Shown here one piece after another: positions 36,401-50,679 of a stretch of 64,000 nucleotides of DNA (position 1 is the stretch's first letter; each line of letters starts with the position of its first letter). This DNA comes from Mobula hypostoma (lineage: Eukaryota). The stretch is taken from assembly GCF_963921235.1 (NCBI RefSeq), contig NC_086097.1, positions 175,090,001 to 175,154,000 on the forward strand, read 5' to 3'. Under the pieces are notes generated by a model, which made no database searches, was not told the origin of the DNA, and saw only the letters and a program-made list of their open reading frames with translations. Both the position numbers and the translations under genes were made by a program.

Positions 36401-39400
36401 TTGATAACATACTGAATCTCCTCAAACTCCTAATGAAGTAGAGCAGTGGTTCGACTTCATTGTGATTGCATCCATGTGTTGGATGCAGGCTAGATCCTCC
36501 ACTTATCCAGGCAAGTTGAGAACATTCCATTACTTGTGGACGATGATGACTGCAAGAATGTAGATGTAGAGATCTTGGTGATGCTAATGCCATTGAATAT
36601 TGAGGTTTGGTTAATAGGATCTGTCATTGGCTGTTGCCTTTGTTTGGCATGGAAGTTATTTGCCACTTATCAACCCACGCCTGATTGTTGCCCTGGTTTG
36701 CATGCAGATATGGACTCTTTCTGAAGCTGAGGACGTGCAAATGGAACTGCAATCAGTTCCACCTCTGAAAGGAAGGTCAGTGATGGGGCAGATGATGGTT
36801 GGGTATAAGGAGCTCCTACAGTGATGTCTTGGCACTGGAATAATGAAACTCCAGCAGCCAATCACAGCCTTTTTATATGCAGTCTGGTCCCAACCATTGG
36901 GATGTTTTGTCACTCAAATCTGTTTAAATCAACATATTATTAAAATTACTTTAGTGATACAAGGATAGCTTTTACCTTGCTGTTATAAGATGATTAAAAG
37001 TTCCTTAATATGATTGTTTGACTCATGACCTTACACCTATCTCATTATGATCTTACACCTTATTGTCCGCCTGCACTTGCTCTTTATTCTATCTGCACAA
37101 CTATGGGATATGTGAGGAAACCCATTCAGCCACAGGAAGAACATGCAAATTCAGTTAGCACCCAAATTCAGGCTTGAGCCGGGATCGAACTTGTGAAGAA
37201 GCAGAACAGATTGCTGTGCCACTATGACCGCTTGCTTGCTTCTCATTTCACTTTTCTTCACGTGGCACTGCTTCAGAATCTCCTCAATGCCTCTGTTCTT
37301 GAACTTGATGACTAAATTTGAACTCTCTAAGCAATGCCAAAAAAGTGACAGGAGATTTGATTGCACAATTTTAGGATGCATCCTCCACAAACATTGGCCA
37401 CTATACATTCCAACATTCCACTGAACATAATAAACATCTTTCAACATTCTTTAATCAGGACAGCCAGAAAGTGAGGCTGTTTGGGCACAGAGAGATGAAA
37501 GTATTGTAATCAGGATGGAAGAGGATTGTAGATCAGTTATGGCCTTAGTCTTGTGGCCAATGGCAGGAAGAAAATTGGAGGAAGTTTTGCTGTGTTACTG
37601 CTGGTTGCATTTTACTGCTCCTGTCCTTGTTCCCAAACCTATTCACAAATCGTGGACAAAACCAGCTGTCATTCAGTAGGTTTTGCGGTCAGGGGGCTAT
37701 GATAAGTGAGTCCTGGGGTCAAAGCCCAGAGGTCAGCGAGTCTGGAATTCGAAAACCAGAGATCGAAGCCACAGTTCGGCAAGTCCAGAGGTTGGAAACC
37801 TGATGTTTGTGAATCCGGAGCCATAGTCTGAAGGTTGGAAGGTTGGAAGTCCTGAGACAGCCTGTCCTGGGAATGGAGGCTCATTTCTGTGTGTGTGTGG
37901 AAGGGAATGGGGAAAGGGGTTTGCTTTGCTTTTGTTGTTTGTTGTATGTTGGCTGCGTGTCGTTCTGCTGAATGTGGTGGGTATGCTATGTTGGCGGCAG
38001 AATGTGTGGTGATGCTTGTGGGCTGTACCCAGCACATCCTCAGATTGCGTTATTAACATAAATGACATCCTGCCTGTCCCCTGATCCCTGACCTCTGTCT
38101 CCGCTACGGACCAAAAAACTCATCCACCTCATCGGGAATATACTCGCTGATTCTGCCCACCCAGCTCCCTGGGAGAGAGAATTCTAAAGGTTCACAGCCC
38201 CTTGAGAGAAGGAACCTAAGGGGCAACTCCTTCACTCATAAGATGGCTCATAATTGGACTGGGCTGCCAGACGAGGTAGTTAAAACAGGTACAATAACAA
38301 TATTAAAAAGACCATTTGGACAAATACATGCATAGGAGAGTTTAGAGGCACGTATGCCAAACATGGGCAAATACGACTAGCTTAGATGGACGTGGTTGAT
38401 TTGGGCTGAAAGGCCTGCTTCCTTGTTGGATGACTCTATGACTAAATTCCTCCTCTCTTCCATTGGAATTGCGTGACCTCTTATGTTGAAATCATATCCC
38501 TAATATCTAGATAACCCTATAAGGGCAATTCCCTCTTAGCATCCACCCTTTCCTCCTCCTCCTCAAATCAGTTTAAGAGTCAGTGAGATCACTTCTCATT
38601 CTTCTAAACTCCACTGTGTGTGGAGCCAAATCCACATAGTCTTTCCTCATAGGTTCAACCCTTTATTCCAGAAATCAACATTGTTAACCTACCCTGACCA
38701 GCTTCCAATTGCAAGGAAATCCCTCTTTAAATAAGAAATAAACTCAGGTGTGGTTACACCAATGCAAGACTTCCCCACTCTTCTACTCATTCCCTTGCAA
38801 ACTATGATCAATATTCCACTGGTGACCTAATGATTGACTACGCTTGTACATTAGGGCTGTTTTATGTCGGGTACCCAATTCCCCACGTGCCAAGACCTCC
38901 TGTCCTCTCCAATTATTTTTTGCACTATGGTCTTGTTTTGCAGTCAGTGTCCTCCAGTGTCTGACATAATTTTATGTTCTCTATCTGCCTGTGATGCTGC
39001 TGCGAGCAAGTATTTCATTGTACAGCCGCCTTCAGGTACAGGTATGAGCCTAAGAAGACAAAAAGTACACACAGGAGTGGTCCCATCAATGTCTGGATAT
39101 TTGTACAAGCCCTGGGCAACACAGTCTCTTTTCAAATGACTGGTCAATCGTCCAGGAATCAGACAGTCTGATGAACGCTTGGAAATGAGACATTCATCTA
39201 CCATGATATTCTGTACTTCCACCAAGATTAAATCAACCAAGCAGCCAGCGTAATTGAAGATCCCACCCATCCTGATCATTCTCTCTTCTCCCCTTCCCAT
39301 CAGGCAGAAGGCACAAAAGCCTGAAAGCACATACCACCAGGCTCAAGGACAGCTTCCATCCCACTGTTATAAGACTATTGAACCGAGACCTCAGAATCTG

Positions 39401-40234
39401 TTTGTCATGGTCTCGCACCTTATTGTGTACCTGCACTGTACTTTCTCTGAAACTGTAACACCATATCCTGCATTCTGTTATTCTTTTTCCCTAGTACCAC
39501 CTTGAAGTACTGACGCAATGAAATGACCTGTAGGATGGCATGTAAAACAAACTTTTTCACATGTAGCAATAATTAATCAATTTACCAGTTTAGTATAACC
39601 TCCCTTTGAAATGCTATTTGAATCCTGCATGTCCCAATTACCTGCATCATCTGTAATAATGAAGATCTATAAGGTGACACAGTAGCCAAATTTAGGGTCA
39701 GCATGCCCAACATTTATTGATCCATTTGATTTTATAGACACATATGGATAGAAACCAAGATTTAGAGAAAGATTCTGTGGCTTCATTCATTAACAATCTG
39801 ACCAATGGTACTGATCTACAATTCACTTTCCTGCTTTCATTCCAACAACCACTCACAGTTCAAGCAGGTTCATATGTCTGTGATCATTCACAGGATTAAG
39901 GAGCCTCGACCTGGTATCACCATGTTTCCGCACCAATAGTTGCCATGTGAACGTAGCAGGAAATGTCCTAAACTGTGAAGTGTAACACAACAGGAAACTT
40001 AAAATAGAGCTCATAATCAGCTGGGATAAATACTGAAATGTCCAATTAAATTTTGGAGAGGCTTTTAATTTCACAGGTGCATTGTCATTCAGCATGGAGG
40101 TAGGAGTCCGTGCCGACCATCGACCTCACCTGTTCTCTCTAATTCTACGCAGATCCAAGTTCATTCTCCTCATGTTCCCATCAACTCTCCCAGAAACTCC
40201 CTGCTCATCTATGCAGCTCATGTGGAGATCATAG

Positions 40235-40700
40235 AGAATGCAGAGGAGATTTACAAGGATATTGCCTGGATCGGAGAGCATGCCTTATGAGAATAGGTTG
40301 AGTGAACTTGGCCTTTTCTCCTTGGAGCGATGGACGATGAGAGGTGACTTCACAGAGGTGTATAACATGATGAGAGGCATTGATTGTGTGGATAGCCAGA
40401 GGCTTTTTCCCAGGGCTGAAATGGCTAACATGAGGGGGCACAGTTTTAACGTATCGAGGGGACGTCAGGGGTAAGTTTTTCACACAGAGTGGAGGGTGAA
40501 TCGAATGCATTGCCGGCAAAGGTGGTGGAAGTGGATACAATAGGGTCTTTTAAGAGCCGCTTAGATAGATACATGGAGCTTAAAAAATAGAGGGCTATGT
40601 GCTAGAGAAATTCTAGGCAGTTTCTAGAGTAGGTTACATGGTCGGCACAACATTAAGGGCCAAAGGGCCTGTGATGTGCTGTAGATTTCTATGATTCTAT
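40235..40700 (+). mobile_element. CR1-clade LINE 3' end
   Basis: QRRFTRILPG...RGDFTEVY; same 3' UTR as 32940-33420. Confidence 0.85.
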
Positions 40701-40916
40701 GTAATATGTTCATCCACCTACACTCGGGGTACTTACTTAGAGATACAGCACAGGTCACAGGCCCTTCTGGGGTTAAATAAACAGTTGAGGGGAAAATGTG
40801 GGGGGAAGGACAGAGGGAATGGGTTACATTGAAGAGGCCTTTCAAAGACCCAGTGGGTTGAATCGGCTCTCTGTATTGCACTAGTCTATGATTCCATGAA
40901 ATTTTATCTTGGGCAT

Positions 40917-40918
<2 letters not shown>

Positions 40919-40949
<31 letters not shown>
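40919..40949 (+). repeat. (CA)n microsatellite, about 15 units
   Basis: Direct reading. Confidence 0.95.
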
Positions 40950-40951
<2 letters not shown>

Positions 40952-42929
40952 TTAACAAGAAGAATAAAGTTCAAAACAATCATAAGAAATCAAAGTTACT
41001 AAAATTTTACACACTTTTCCAATTCACATTTTACTTTTGCTGTAAGATACCATATTAAGTAGAACATTTCCTCTCCCAGATGACTTTTATAAATCTATGG
41101 GAATAATAAAACTGATCAATTTTCAGAGGAGGCATTTCATTTAAACATCGCTGGATGCAATAAATTATGGATAAATGATATCTACATTTGAAACCAACAA
41201 CCGGAGGAAAAACAAGACTCATAATTATGGAATGCTTCATTCCCAAAATAATCAAAACACGCTGCACAATGGAATGAAGATAGCTTTTAAATAGTGTTTA
41301 GTTAGACAGTGTGCGTACGAGTGTTCTTTTCATGTCTTAAGTTTGTTTCTCTTGCAACTTTAAGCAGAGATGTAAGGTGGGGGTGGATCTTTCTCGGTAA
41401 TTATGCTAGCCTCATCATACGGCGGCAGGAGAACCTAATGGCAAGAAAGAGACTATGTTACAGAGAGAAGGAAAAGTATGTCCCCACCTCCACTGCTCCA
41501 TCACTGAAACGTTCTCAACAATCGCTCTATTTCTGTTGCATTTTTCACAGCCTCCACACACCTGAAGCTCTTTAAATTCATTCATAGAAAGTCAACAACA
41601 TTGGCCCTGTTGTCCCTAGGCTAAGGAGACAGCGAAGAGCTGCAGTATTGTGCAAGACACACAAAACGCTAGAGGAATTCAGTAAGTCAGGCAGTTTCTG
41701 TGGAGTGCAAAAACAACTGATGCTTCTGGCTGGGATCAAGACTGATGATTTGTCTCAACCCAAAATGTTGACTGTTTATTCTCCTCCACAGATGCTGCCT
41801 GACTTGCTGAGTTCCTCCAGCACTTTGTGTGTGTTGCTCAAGATTTCCAGTATCTGTAGAATCTCTTGTCTTTACTTGTTTTTTTTTACCTAGAGATACA
41901 GCATAGTAACAAGACTTTTCAGCCCAACGTACCCACATGTCCCAATTACATCCATGTGACCAATTAATCTATCAACCCATATGTCTCTGGAATGTGGGAG
42001 GAAACCAGAGGAAAGTCGTGTGGTTGTGGGGAAAACATACAAACTCCTTCGCAGCAGGAATTGAACCCGGGTCGCTGCCACTATAATAGTGTTCTGCTAA
42101 TTGTTACCCTGGCTACCCTGTTGCCCTTGTGGTGTGGCAACAGTATTGTGTTGGGGCTGGAGTCACGTTTAAGCCAGGCCAGGTCAGGGCAGCAGGGTTC
42201 CTCTCCAGAAAAACACTAGGTTTACAAAACAGTCTGAACTTCTCACAATCACCGTTGCTGACCCCAGGTTTCTATCCCAGTGTAGTTCATTACTTGCATT
42301 TCACCTTCCCAGATGGGATTTCAACTCCTGCCTCTGGATCAGCTCCCATTGTGATGTATCGCTGAGCAACCTTGGATGGTCTATTCCTGCACCTGATTCC
42401 TGTGATCTTATCAATGGTCCATAGAGTCGTACGGTATCTCCCTCTTTAAAAGTGACCCAGATCTCTGGCTCTGACTTCACCTGCACAGTTGTAGCAAGGC
42501 TTTCCAGGGACTGGGGAGGGGTGGAGTCCTTCATAATTTGTATTATGTACCTGAGTAAAAAACTGAACTGTTGTAATCTGCAAGACTGGAAACTAATATC
42601 TAATATCAGAGTACAGACTAAGCCCTAATATCTTTTTTACAGCCTTGGTTCCTTTATGAGGTTAAATCTCCATGGTGGTTAAATCTGCTGTAATTCATTG
42701 TCACTGAGAAAGTGAATTGAATGGGAACCTGCAGCCTCACCCACTCCAGCCAAAGTTTCAACGCGTCGCATGGGCAAGGGTAAAGCACCCTGTCTGACAT
42801 TTCCACCGGGCATCAGTGCACCTCTTCATAGAAGCATAGAATGTGGACCAGAGCAGCGCAGGAACAGACCCTTTGACCTATGGCGCTGTGTCACACTGAT
42901 TAAGTTAGTAATTAAGTGCCCAGCTAAAC

Positions 42930-43880
42930 TAATTTTCCCTTCCTCCACCATTGTTGCTGCCCTCACCCACATCTCCTTCATTTCCTGGACATTGGCATTC
43001 ACCCATCTTTCCACCACCTTAGCAGGGATAGAGTTCCTCTTGCCTCACCTACCACTTCATGAGCTTCCATATTCAACGCATCATTCTCCGCAGCTTCCAC
43101 CATCTTCAATGTCATTCTACTGCCAAACACATCTTTACCTCCCTCCCACTCCGCTTTCCACAGGGATCGCTCCCTATGTGATTCCCTTGTCCATTTGTCC
43201 CCCTCCACTAATCTCCCTCATGACACTTATCCCCGCAAATGACTGAAGTGCCATACATGCCCATTTACAGTACCTCTTACCTCGCTGCCATTCAAGACCC
43301 CAAACAGTCCTTCCAGGTGAGGCAATACTTTCACCAAAATCGGAATTTCCCGGTGGCCATCCATTTTAATTCCTATCCTCATTCCTGTACTGACACGTCA
43401 ACCCATGGCCTCCTCTTCTGCCACGATGAGGCAGGCCACTCTCAGCTTGGAGAAGCAAAATCTCATATTCCGTCGAGGTAGCCTCCAACTTGATGGCATG
43501 AAGATCGATTTCTCCTTCTGGTAATTTTTTTGTCCCTCCCCCTTCCCTCTTCTATTCCCCACTCTGGCCTCTTACCTCTTCTTCCCATGTGTTTATCATC
43601 TCCTCCTGGTGCTCCTCCTTCTTCCCTTTCTCCCATGGTCAACTCTCTTCTCCTGTCAGATTCCTTCTTCTCCAGTCCTTCACCTTTCCCACACAGCTGG
43701 CTTCACCTATCACCTCCTCTCCAGTCATCCTTCCCTTTATCCCAGCTTCTTATTCTGGCATCATCCCCCTTCCTTTCCAGTTCAGAAGAAGGGTCTTAGC
43801 CCAAAACGTTGACTGTTTTATTAATTTCTGTAGATGCTGCCTGACCTGCTGAGTTCCTCCAGCATTTTTTGTGTATTAAA
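42930..43880 (+). mobile_element. Penelope-like element 3' fragment with terminal repeat
   Basis: Colinear with 22450-23445; ends in a degenerate hammerhead-bearing terminal repeat. Confidence 0.75.
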
Positions 43881-44603
43881 CTCAACCCTTCTGCCCACGC
43901 GATAATCATACCTTCCCACCCCCAATACCTGCATGTTCAGCTGCATAGCTAAGGGCCTCTTAAATGTTTCTATTGAACCTGTCTCCATCACCACCCCCGG
44001 CGGCACATTCCAAACACTTATATCTGTGCCAAAAACTTGTCCCGCACATCTCCTTTACACTTACCCCTTCTCACCTTAAATGTGTGCCCTCTGGTATTAG
44101 ATATTTCAATCCAGGGGAAAAGATACTGTCTGTCTACTCCATCTCTGTCTCTCATAATCTGTCCCGCAGCCTCCACTGCTCTAGAAAAAAATAATCCAAG
44201 TTTGTCCAACCCCTCCTTTTAGAAAATACTCTGTGTATCCTGGTAAACATCTTCTGTACCCTCTCCAAAGCATCCACATGTCATTCCTACAATGGGATGA
44301 CTGGAACTAATTGCAATACTCTGAATATGGTCTAACCAGAATATTATAAAGCTGCAAAAGAACTTTCTGACTCTTGTACTCAGTGCTTTGAGTAATAAAG
44401 GCAAGCATGCTGTAGACCTTCTTTACCAACCTATCAACCTGTGCAGCCATCTGCTGGGAGCTTTGCACTTAGACCCCAAGATCCCTCTGTACACCAACAG
44501 TTAAGGGTCTGGTAAGCATTTTGCCACTAACAGTGTACAGTACTGTCCCTTTACATTTGATCTCCCATCTGCCATTCCTCCACCCATACCTTCAACTGAT
44601 CTA

Positions 44604-46004
44604 CACCCAGTGGCTACTTTTCTGGGTACCTCCTGTAGCTAATGAAGTGGCCACCGAGTGTACGTTCATGGACATCTGCTGCTGTAGCTCATCTACTTCA
44701 AGGTTCATCATTTTGTGCATTCAGTGATGCTCTTCTGCACATCACTGCTGTAATGCATGACTGTTTGAGTTACTGTCACCTTCCTGTCAGCTTGAACCAG
44801 TCTGGCCATTCTCCTCTGATCTCTCTCATTAACAGGGTGTTTTTCACCCACAGAATTGCCAGTTACTGGATGCTTTTTTTTTTAACTGTTTTTGCACCAT
44901 TTTCTGTAAAATCTAGACATGTTGTGTCTAAATTCATGGCAGCTGCAATTTAATGTGGATAAATGTGAGGTTATCTACTTTGGTGGCAAAAACAGGAAAA
45001 CAGATTATTATCTGGATGGTGGCCGATTAGGAAAAGGGGAGGTGCAACGAGACCCGGGTGTCATTGTACACCAGTCATTGAAAGTGGGCATGCAGGTACA
45101 GCAGGCGGTGAAAAAGGTGAATGGTATGCTGGCATTCATAGCAAGAGGATTCGAGTACAGGAGCAGGGAGGTACTACTGCAGTTGTACAAGGCCTTGGTG
45201 AGACCACACCTGGAGTATTGTGTGCAGTTTTGGTCCCCTAATCTGAGGAAAGACATTCTTGTCATAGAGGGAGTACAAAGAAGGTTCACCAGATTGATTC
45301 CTGGGATGGCAGGACTTTCATATGAAGAAAGACTGGATCGACTAGGCTTATACTCGTTGGAATTTAGAAGATTGAGGGGGGATCTTATTGAAACGTATAA
45401 AATCCTAAAGGGATTGGACAGGCTAGATGCAGGAAGATTGTTCCCGATGTTGGGGAAGTCCAGAACGAGGGGTCACAGTTTGAGGATAAAGGGGAAGCCT
45501 TTTAGGACCAAGATGAGGAAAAACTTCTTCACACAGAGAGTGGTGAACCTGTGGAATTCTCTGCCACAGGAAACAGTTGAGGCCAGTTCATTGGCTATAT
45601 TTAATATGGCCCTTGTGGCTAAAGGGATCAGGGGGTATGGAGGGAAGGCTGGTACAGGGTTCTGAGTTGGATGATCAGCCATGATCATACTGAATGGCGG
45701 TGCAGGCTCGAAGGGCCGAATGGCCTACTCCTGCACCTATTTTCTATGTTTCTATGTGTGACATTCCCAGGGGATCAGCTGTTTCTGAGATATTCCGACC
45801 ACCCCATCTGGTTCCAATATCTTTCCATAGTTAAAGTCACTTTGGTCACATTTCTTCCCCGTTCTGATGTTTGGCCTGAGTAATAACTGAGCCTCTTTAC
45901 CATGTCTGCATGCTTTTACGTTGCTGCAACATGATTGGCTGATTATATATTTGCATTAACAATTAGGTGTACAGGTGTACCTAATAAAGTATAGAGACTG
46001 AGTG
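44604..46004. mobile_element. Tc1/mariner-type MITE (TA TSD), split by a young CR1
   Basis: TA-CACCCAGTGGCTACTTT...GTACC at the left end and GTACCTAATAAAGT...ACTGAGTG-TA at the right; the host CR1 sequence continues across the TA. Confidence 0.7.
44936..45756 (+). mobile_element. Young CR1 LINE 3' end with uninterrupted RT C-terminal frame (about 240 aa)
   Basis: WQLQFNVDKCEV...LYKALVRPHLEYCVQFWSP...NFFTQRVVNLWNSLP; ends in (TTTCTATG)2. Confidence 0.92.
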
Positions 46005-46006
46005 TA

Positions 46007-47140
46007 CATCCCACTGTAACATTTGGCAATACTCTATGCCATCCACAGCACCATCAGACATAGTATTGTCTGCAAACATTTCAACCCACTCATCTATATT
46101 TTCAACCAGGTCATTTATATTTATCACTAACAGCAGCAGTTCCAGTATAGATCTATGTGGAATACCACTAGTCACTGACCTCCAGTTAGAGTAAGTCCCA
46201 TCAACCATACCATCTATGGACAAGCCACTTCAGAACCCAAATGGCTCATTCACCATGGAGTCCATGCACCTTAATCTTTTGAATGAGCCTTCCATGAGGC
46301 ACCTTGAAAAAAAGCCTTTCTGTCATTTGTGATAAAGCAAAAACCTGAAACTTCCACTCTCGAGGAATCGTGTACTTGTACTCCTGCGTTCCTCTGTTCT
46401 ATATCATCTTCCTTGGCCCTACTGTTCACTGTGAAAGTCTTACCCTCATTTGTCTATTTGAATTAAACTCCATTTGCCATACCTGGACCCACTTACCCAG
46501 CTGATCAAGACCCTGCTGTAAATCTTTATAACCATTTTCACTATTATCACCACCACCTATTTTAGTGCCATCTGCATACTTATTAACCATGCCTTGAACA
46601 TTCTCATTCAAACATTTGATAAACAGTTGATGACAAATAACAATGGGCCCAACACAGAGCCCTGGGAACATCACAGGTCACAGGCATTACCCTCTGCTGT
46701 CCTCCATTAAGCCAATAGTGTATCCAGTTGCCATCTCTCCCGGGATTTCATGCATTCTACCTCTTTATTGCAGCCTACCCTGTTGAACTTTAACTGACAA
46801 TGTCTACCCCCCCCACCCTCATTGACCTTCCTAGTGACTTCTTCAAAAAACTCCATCCAATTACGAGACATGACTTCCCATGCATTGAGCATTGTTGACT
46901 CTCCCTAATCATCTGTCTTTTCAAGTTCTTGTATATCTTATCCCTCAGAATTCGTCCAGCAACTTACCTTCCACACATGTTAGGCTTACTGGTCGATAGT
47001 TCCCAGGATTTTCTTTGCAGTCTTTCTTAAATAAAGGCAGAACATTAGCCAGCCTCCAGTCTTCTGGCTCTTCACCCATTTTGAACAATATATCTCAGAC
47101 AGGGCTCCTGCTAATTTTTCGCTAGCTTCCCACAGTGTTC
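46007..47140 (-). mobile_element. Old CR1 RT fragments
   Basis: WRSVTSGIP..ININDL..FADNT and KYADGTKIGG...WQMEFN motifs. Confidence 0.75.
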
Positions 47141-50100
47141 TTGGAAAATTGTGATTTTATAACCAATTTCTGCCTCCACCTTTTTTGGTGCTCTCTTTAA
47201 GTGCATTGAACCAATATTCGCAGCTCAGTACAGGGCGCAGTATTTTCTGTTTGGACTTTTATCCAACGTGTCTCCTAAATGGTTGAAGTAGGAACACATG
47301 TCATGGAGTTATGGGTCTGTAATGGAGCATTAAACTCCATTTGTCATTCTCTGGCCACTTACCCAGTTGATCAATATCCCTCTGTCAAACCTGATAACCA
47401 TCTTTACTGTCACTATTCTAGCTTCATGCAAGAGGGTGTGTCATACAGAGCCAGAGTTGCGGTCTGCTCCTTTTCCACCTCAGTGAATTAAGGATTGTGA
47501 TCTGGCAAAGCACCTCCCAAAGGAGGAACACACACAAAATGCTAGAGGAACACAGCAGGCCAGGCAGCATCTAGGAAAAGAGTACAGTCGATGTTTCAGG
47601 CTGAAACCCTTTGGCAGGACTGAAGGAGGAAGATGGATAGAAGAAGATGCAAATTTTAAAGAAGTTAAGGCATACTCTCTTTGCTTACCGCAGTGTCATT
47701 GGCCACATAGACTAGGACATCAGCTGAGTGTCTGCTGTTGATATATCTGTAGCAGTTCCAGACACAAGCAATCAGATATGCCTGGAAAATAAAGAAAGAT
47801 AATGTTTCTCTTTGCTCTTTGAGCTCAACTGCCTCCTCCAATTGGACAGAAGGTACAAAAGCTTGAAAGCACATACCTGTACTTTGAATTCCTGCCCTTA
47901 AATCTCTCCCTCTCACTATCTTGTGTCAAGAATCTCTTTAAAGTTCACTTTTCTCACAGGGGAACACACACAAAATGCTGGAGGAAGTTCAGTGAGTCAG
48001 GCAGCATCCATGGAGGGAAGTGAACAGAACTTCCCTCCGTAGATGCAGCCTATCCTGCTGATTTCCTCCAGCACTTTGGCAGTATTGTTCCAGATTTACA
48101 GTCTCTCTTGTGTCTTCTCTCACACACTTTTTGTAAAAACACTTTCCCTAATGAGATCAATACTTAACACAAAACAGAAAATGCTGTAAAAACTCAACAG
48201 ATCAATATTTAGCTTTCACTGGGGAGAGGACTGCATGCATTCACCCTGTCTATGCCCCTCATGAATTTCTACACCTTGGTAAGTTCATTTCTCAGTCACC
48301 TACACACCAATGAATAAAGTACTATCCTGCCCAACCTCGAGTCCTGGCAACATTCATGTAAATCCTCTTTGTACTATTTCCTGTCTAATGATGCCTTTTC
48401 TATTACGGAATGATGAAGGCCATTACATCAGATGTCTCCTTCGCCACCCAAATTTCAAACAGACCAAGAGAAATGGTTTGCAAAATGGCTACCATGAAAC
48501 ACTTGCAAAAGTATCAACCAAGTGTTAAGACAACGGGGTTGCCAGAGAATCATTCCACCGAGATGCAACACAGAGCGTCACAGGAAGTCATTCCTGCCTG
48601 TGGCCATCAAACTTCACAACTCCTCCCTTGGAGGGTCAGACACCCTGAACCAATAGGCTGGTCCTGGACTTATTTCCATCTGGCATAATTTACATATTAT
48701 TATTAAATTATTTATGGTTTTATATTACTATATTTATACTCTATTCTTGGTTGGTGCAACTGTAACGAAACCCAATTTCCCTTGGGATCAATAAAGTATG
48801 AGTATGCCTATTAACTGGCCTGCATCAACCCAGGCAACTAAGGGCTTAAGTAATTCGCACCATTGGAAATAAATTGAACATTCAGAGGTATCTCCCACTG
48901 TAGATATGTCATTCAAAAGAAGCATTGTCAACCCAAAATATTGAAGTAAACAATGTCATTGTGACCATTAAGATTGTATTTAATCACCCACTGTTACTTT
49001 TTCCGTGTTCTATTGGTGAACTGGAATTTGGTCTAATGACTCATCTGAAACACAGCACCTCTCATGATGATGCACTTCACCCTGGTGTGACTAGATTTTG
49101 TTCAAGTTTCTGAATTCAGCCTTTGGACTGCAGCCAGGGCACGCTCTCCCCTCATTACTACCGTCAGGGAGGAGTACAGGAGCCTGAAGGCACTCACGCA
49201 ATGTTTTAGAAACAGCTTCTTCTCTGGGGCCATCAGATTTCTGAACGGTCCATGAACCCGTGAACACCACCTCACTGTTCCTCTTTTGCACTGTTGGCTT
49301 ATTTGCATTTTATTACAACTCAGAGCGATTTTTAAATGTCTTGCACTTCACTGCTGCCACAAGACAATGCATTTTGTGACGTATGTCAATGATAACAAAC
49401 CTGGTCCTGGTTCTGAGTACTTTGGAAAGGCTAGTATTGGATCCCATGAGTCAGTTACTGAGGCACCATGGTGAGCAGGGACATACCGGGGCAAAGAATT
49501 TTACTGATTAGGTTAAATCGCTCACATTTTGATTTCTGATCCTTAAATTCCACTTATTTTTCCAATCTCCACCCCCCCCCCCCCGATTCCCCTTTCATTC
49601 CCAGCTGAGAACTGCCCCCCGGACACTCTACTGCCTCGGTCTTTGGAATTCAGCTTTGTTGCTCAACAGAGCCTGATAAAGCATCAGCATCCGATGTGGA
49701 CATCAGACCTTGCCTGCCGAGAACACACGGCAAAGAAGGCCTGAGTCTAGATAATATGGCCATAAGATACAGGAGGAGAATCAGGCCATTTGGCCCATTG
49801 AGTCTGTTCTACTATCTCATCATGACTGATCCACTTATCCTCTCAGCCGCAGTCTCCTGCCTCTCTCCCTTCATGCCTTGACCAATCAAGAATCTGTCAA
49901 CCTCTGCCTTAAGTATACATAATGTCCAACCAAGGCCAATAACAACAGCATGCCATGAATTGTACCGATTCACACTCTGTTTAATCCATAGATTATTAAC
50001 TTATCTTGGCACCATCTGATTTTTTACAAGAAAATATTTTCATATCTTAACAGAACTTTGGTTTTATGTGTGAAAATAAAACTGAAGTTTATTTTAAAGG

Positions 50101-50679
50101 AGGAAGAGGCAACAACTCAAAGTACACAGGAATGTGTTATTTGATCTTTTGCAAAAGCCTGCCTGCTCCATTTCCACAGGAAAGAAGATTGGAGAGGAAG
50201 AAGACAGCTCAGTCACTCAGTCAGAGGAGAACTCTGTCACTAGTCCACCCACTCCCCAACATGTAGCAGTTAGTGCTGCTGCCTCCCTGTTCCAGGGACC
50301 CAGGTTCCAGGTAAGACAAGATGCAGTGTGCTTGACCACTTCACCGTGTACCTGCATTCTATCCACCATGGCCGTTTGGAGCTCCTGGTTCTTTAAGATA
50401 AACTTTAATCTTCTTTGTATGGTAAGATGGACTCTTGATCTCACAGTCTACCTTGTCATGGCCTTGCATCTTACTTTCTACCTGCACTGCACTCTCCCTG
50501 TAGCTGTAACAGTTTATTCTGCATTCTGCTATTGCTTTTCCCTTGTACTTCATGCACTGATGTGATGAAATGATGGGGATGGGAGACATGCGAAATGAAG
50601 CTTTTCACTGTTCCTCGGTACGTGTGACAATAATAAATCAGGGGGGTGGTGTTGTCAGCAGTGTAGAACAGTACCTCAG

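Noticed and set aside
44919..45665. 248-aa ORF as a host gene
   Set aside because: It is the C-terminal part of CR1 reverse transcriptase, 5'-truncated.
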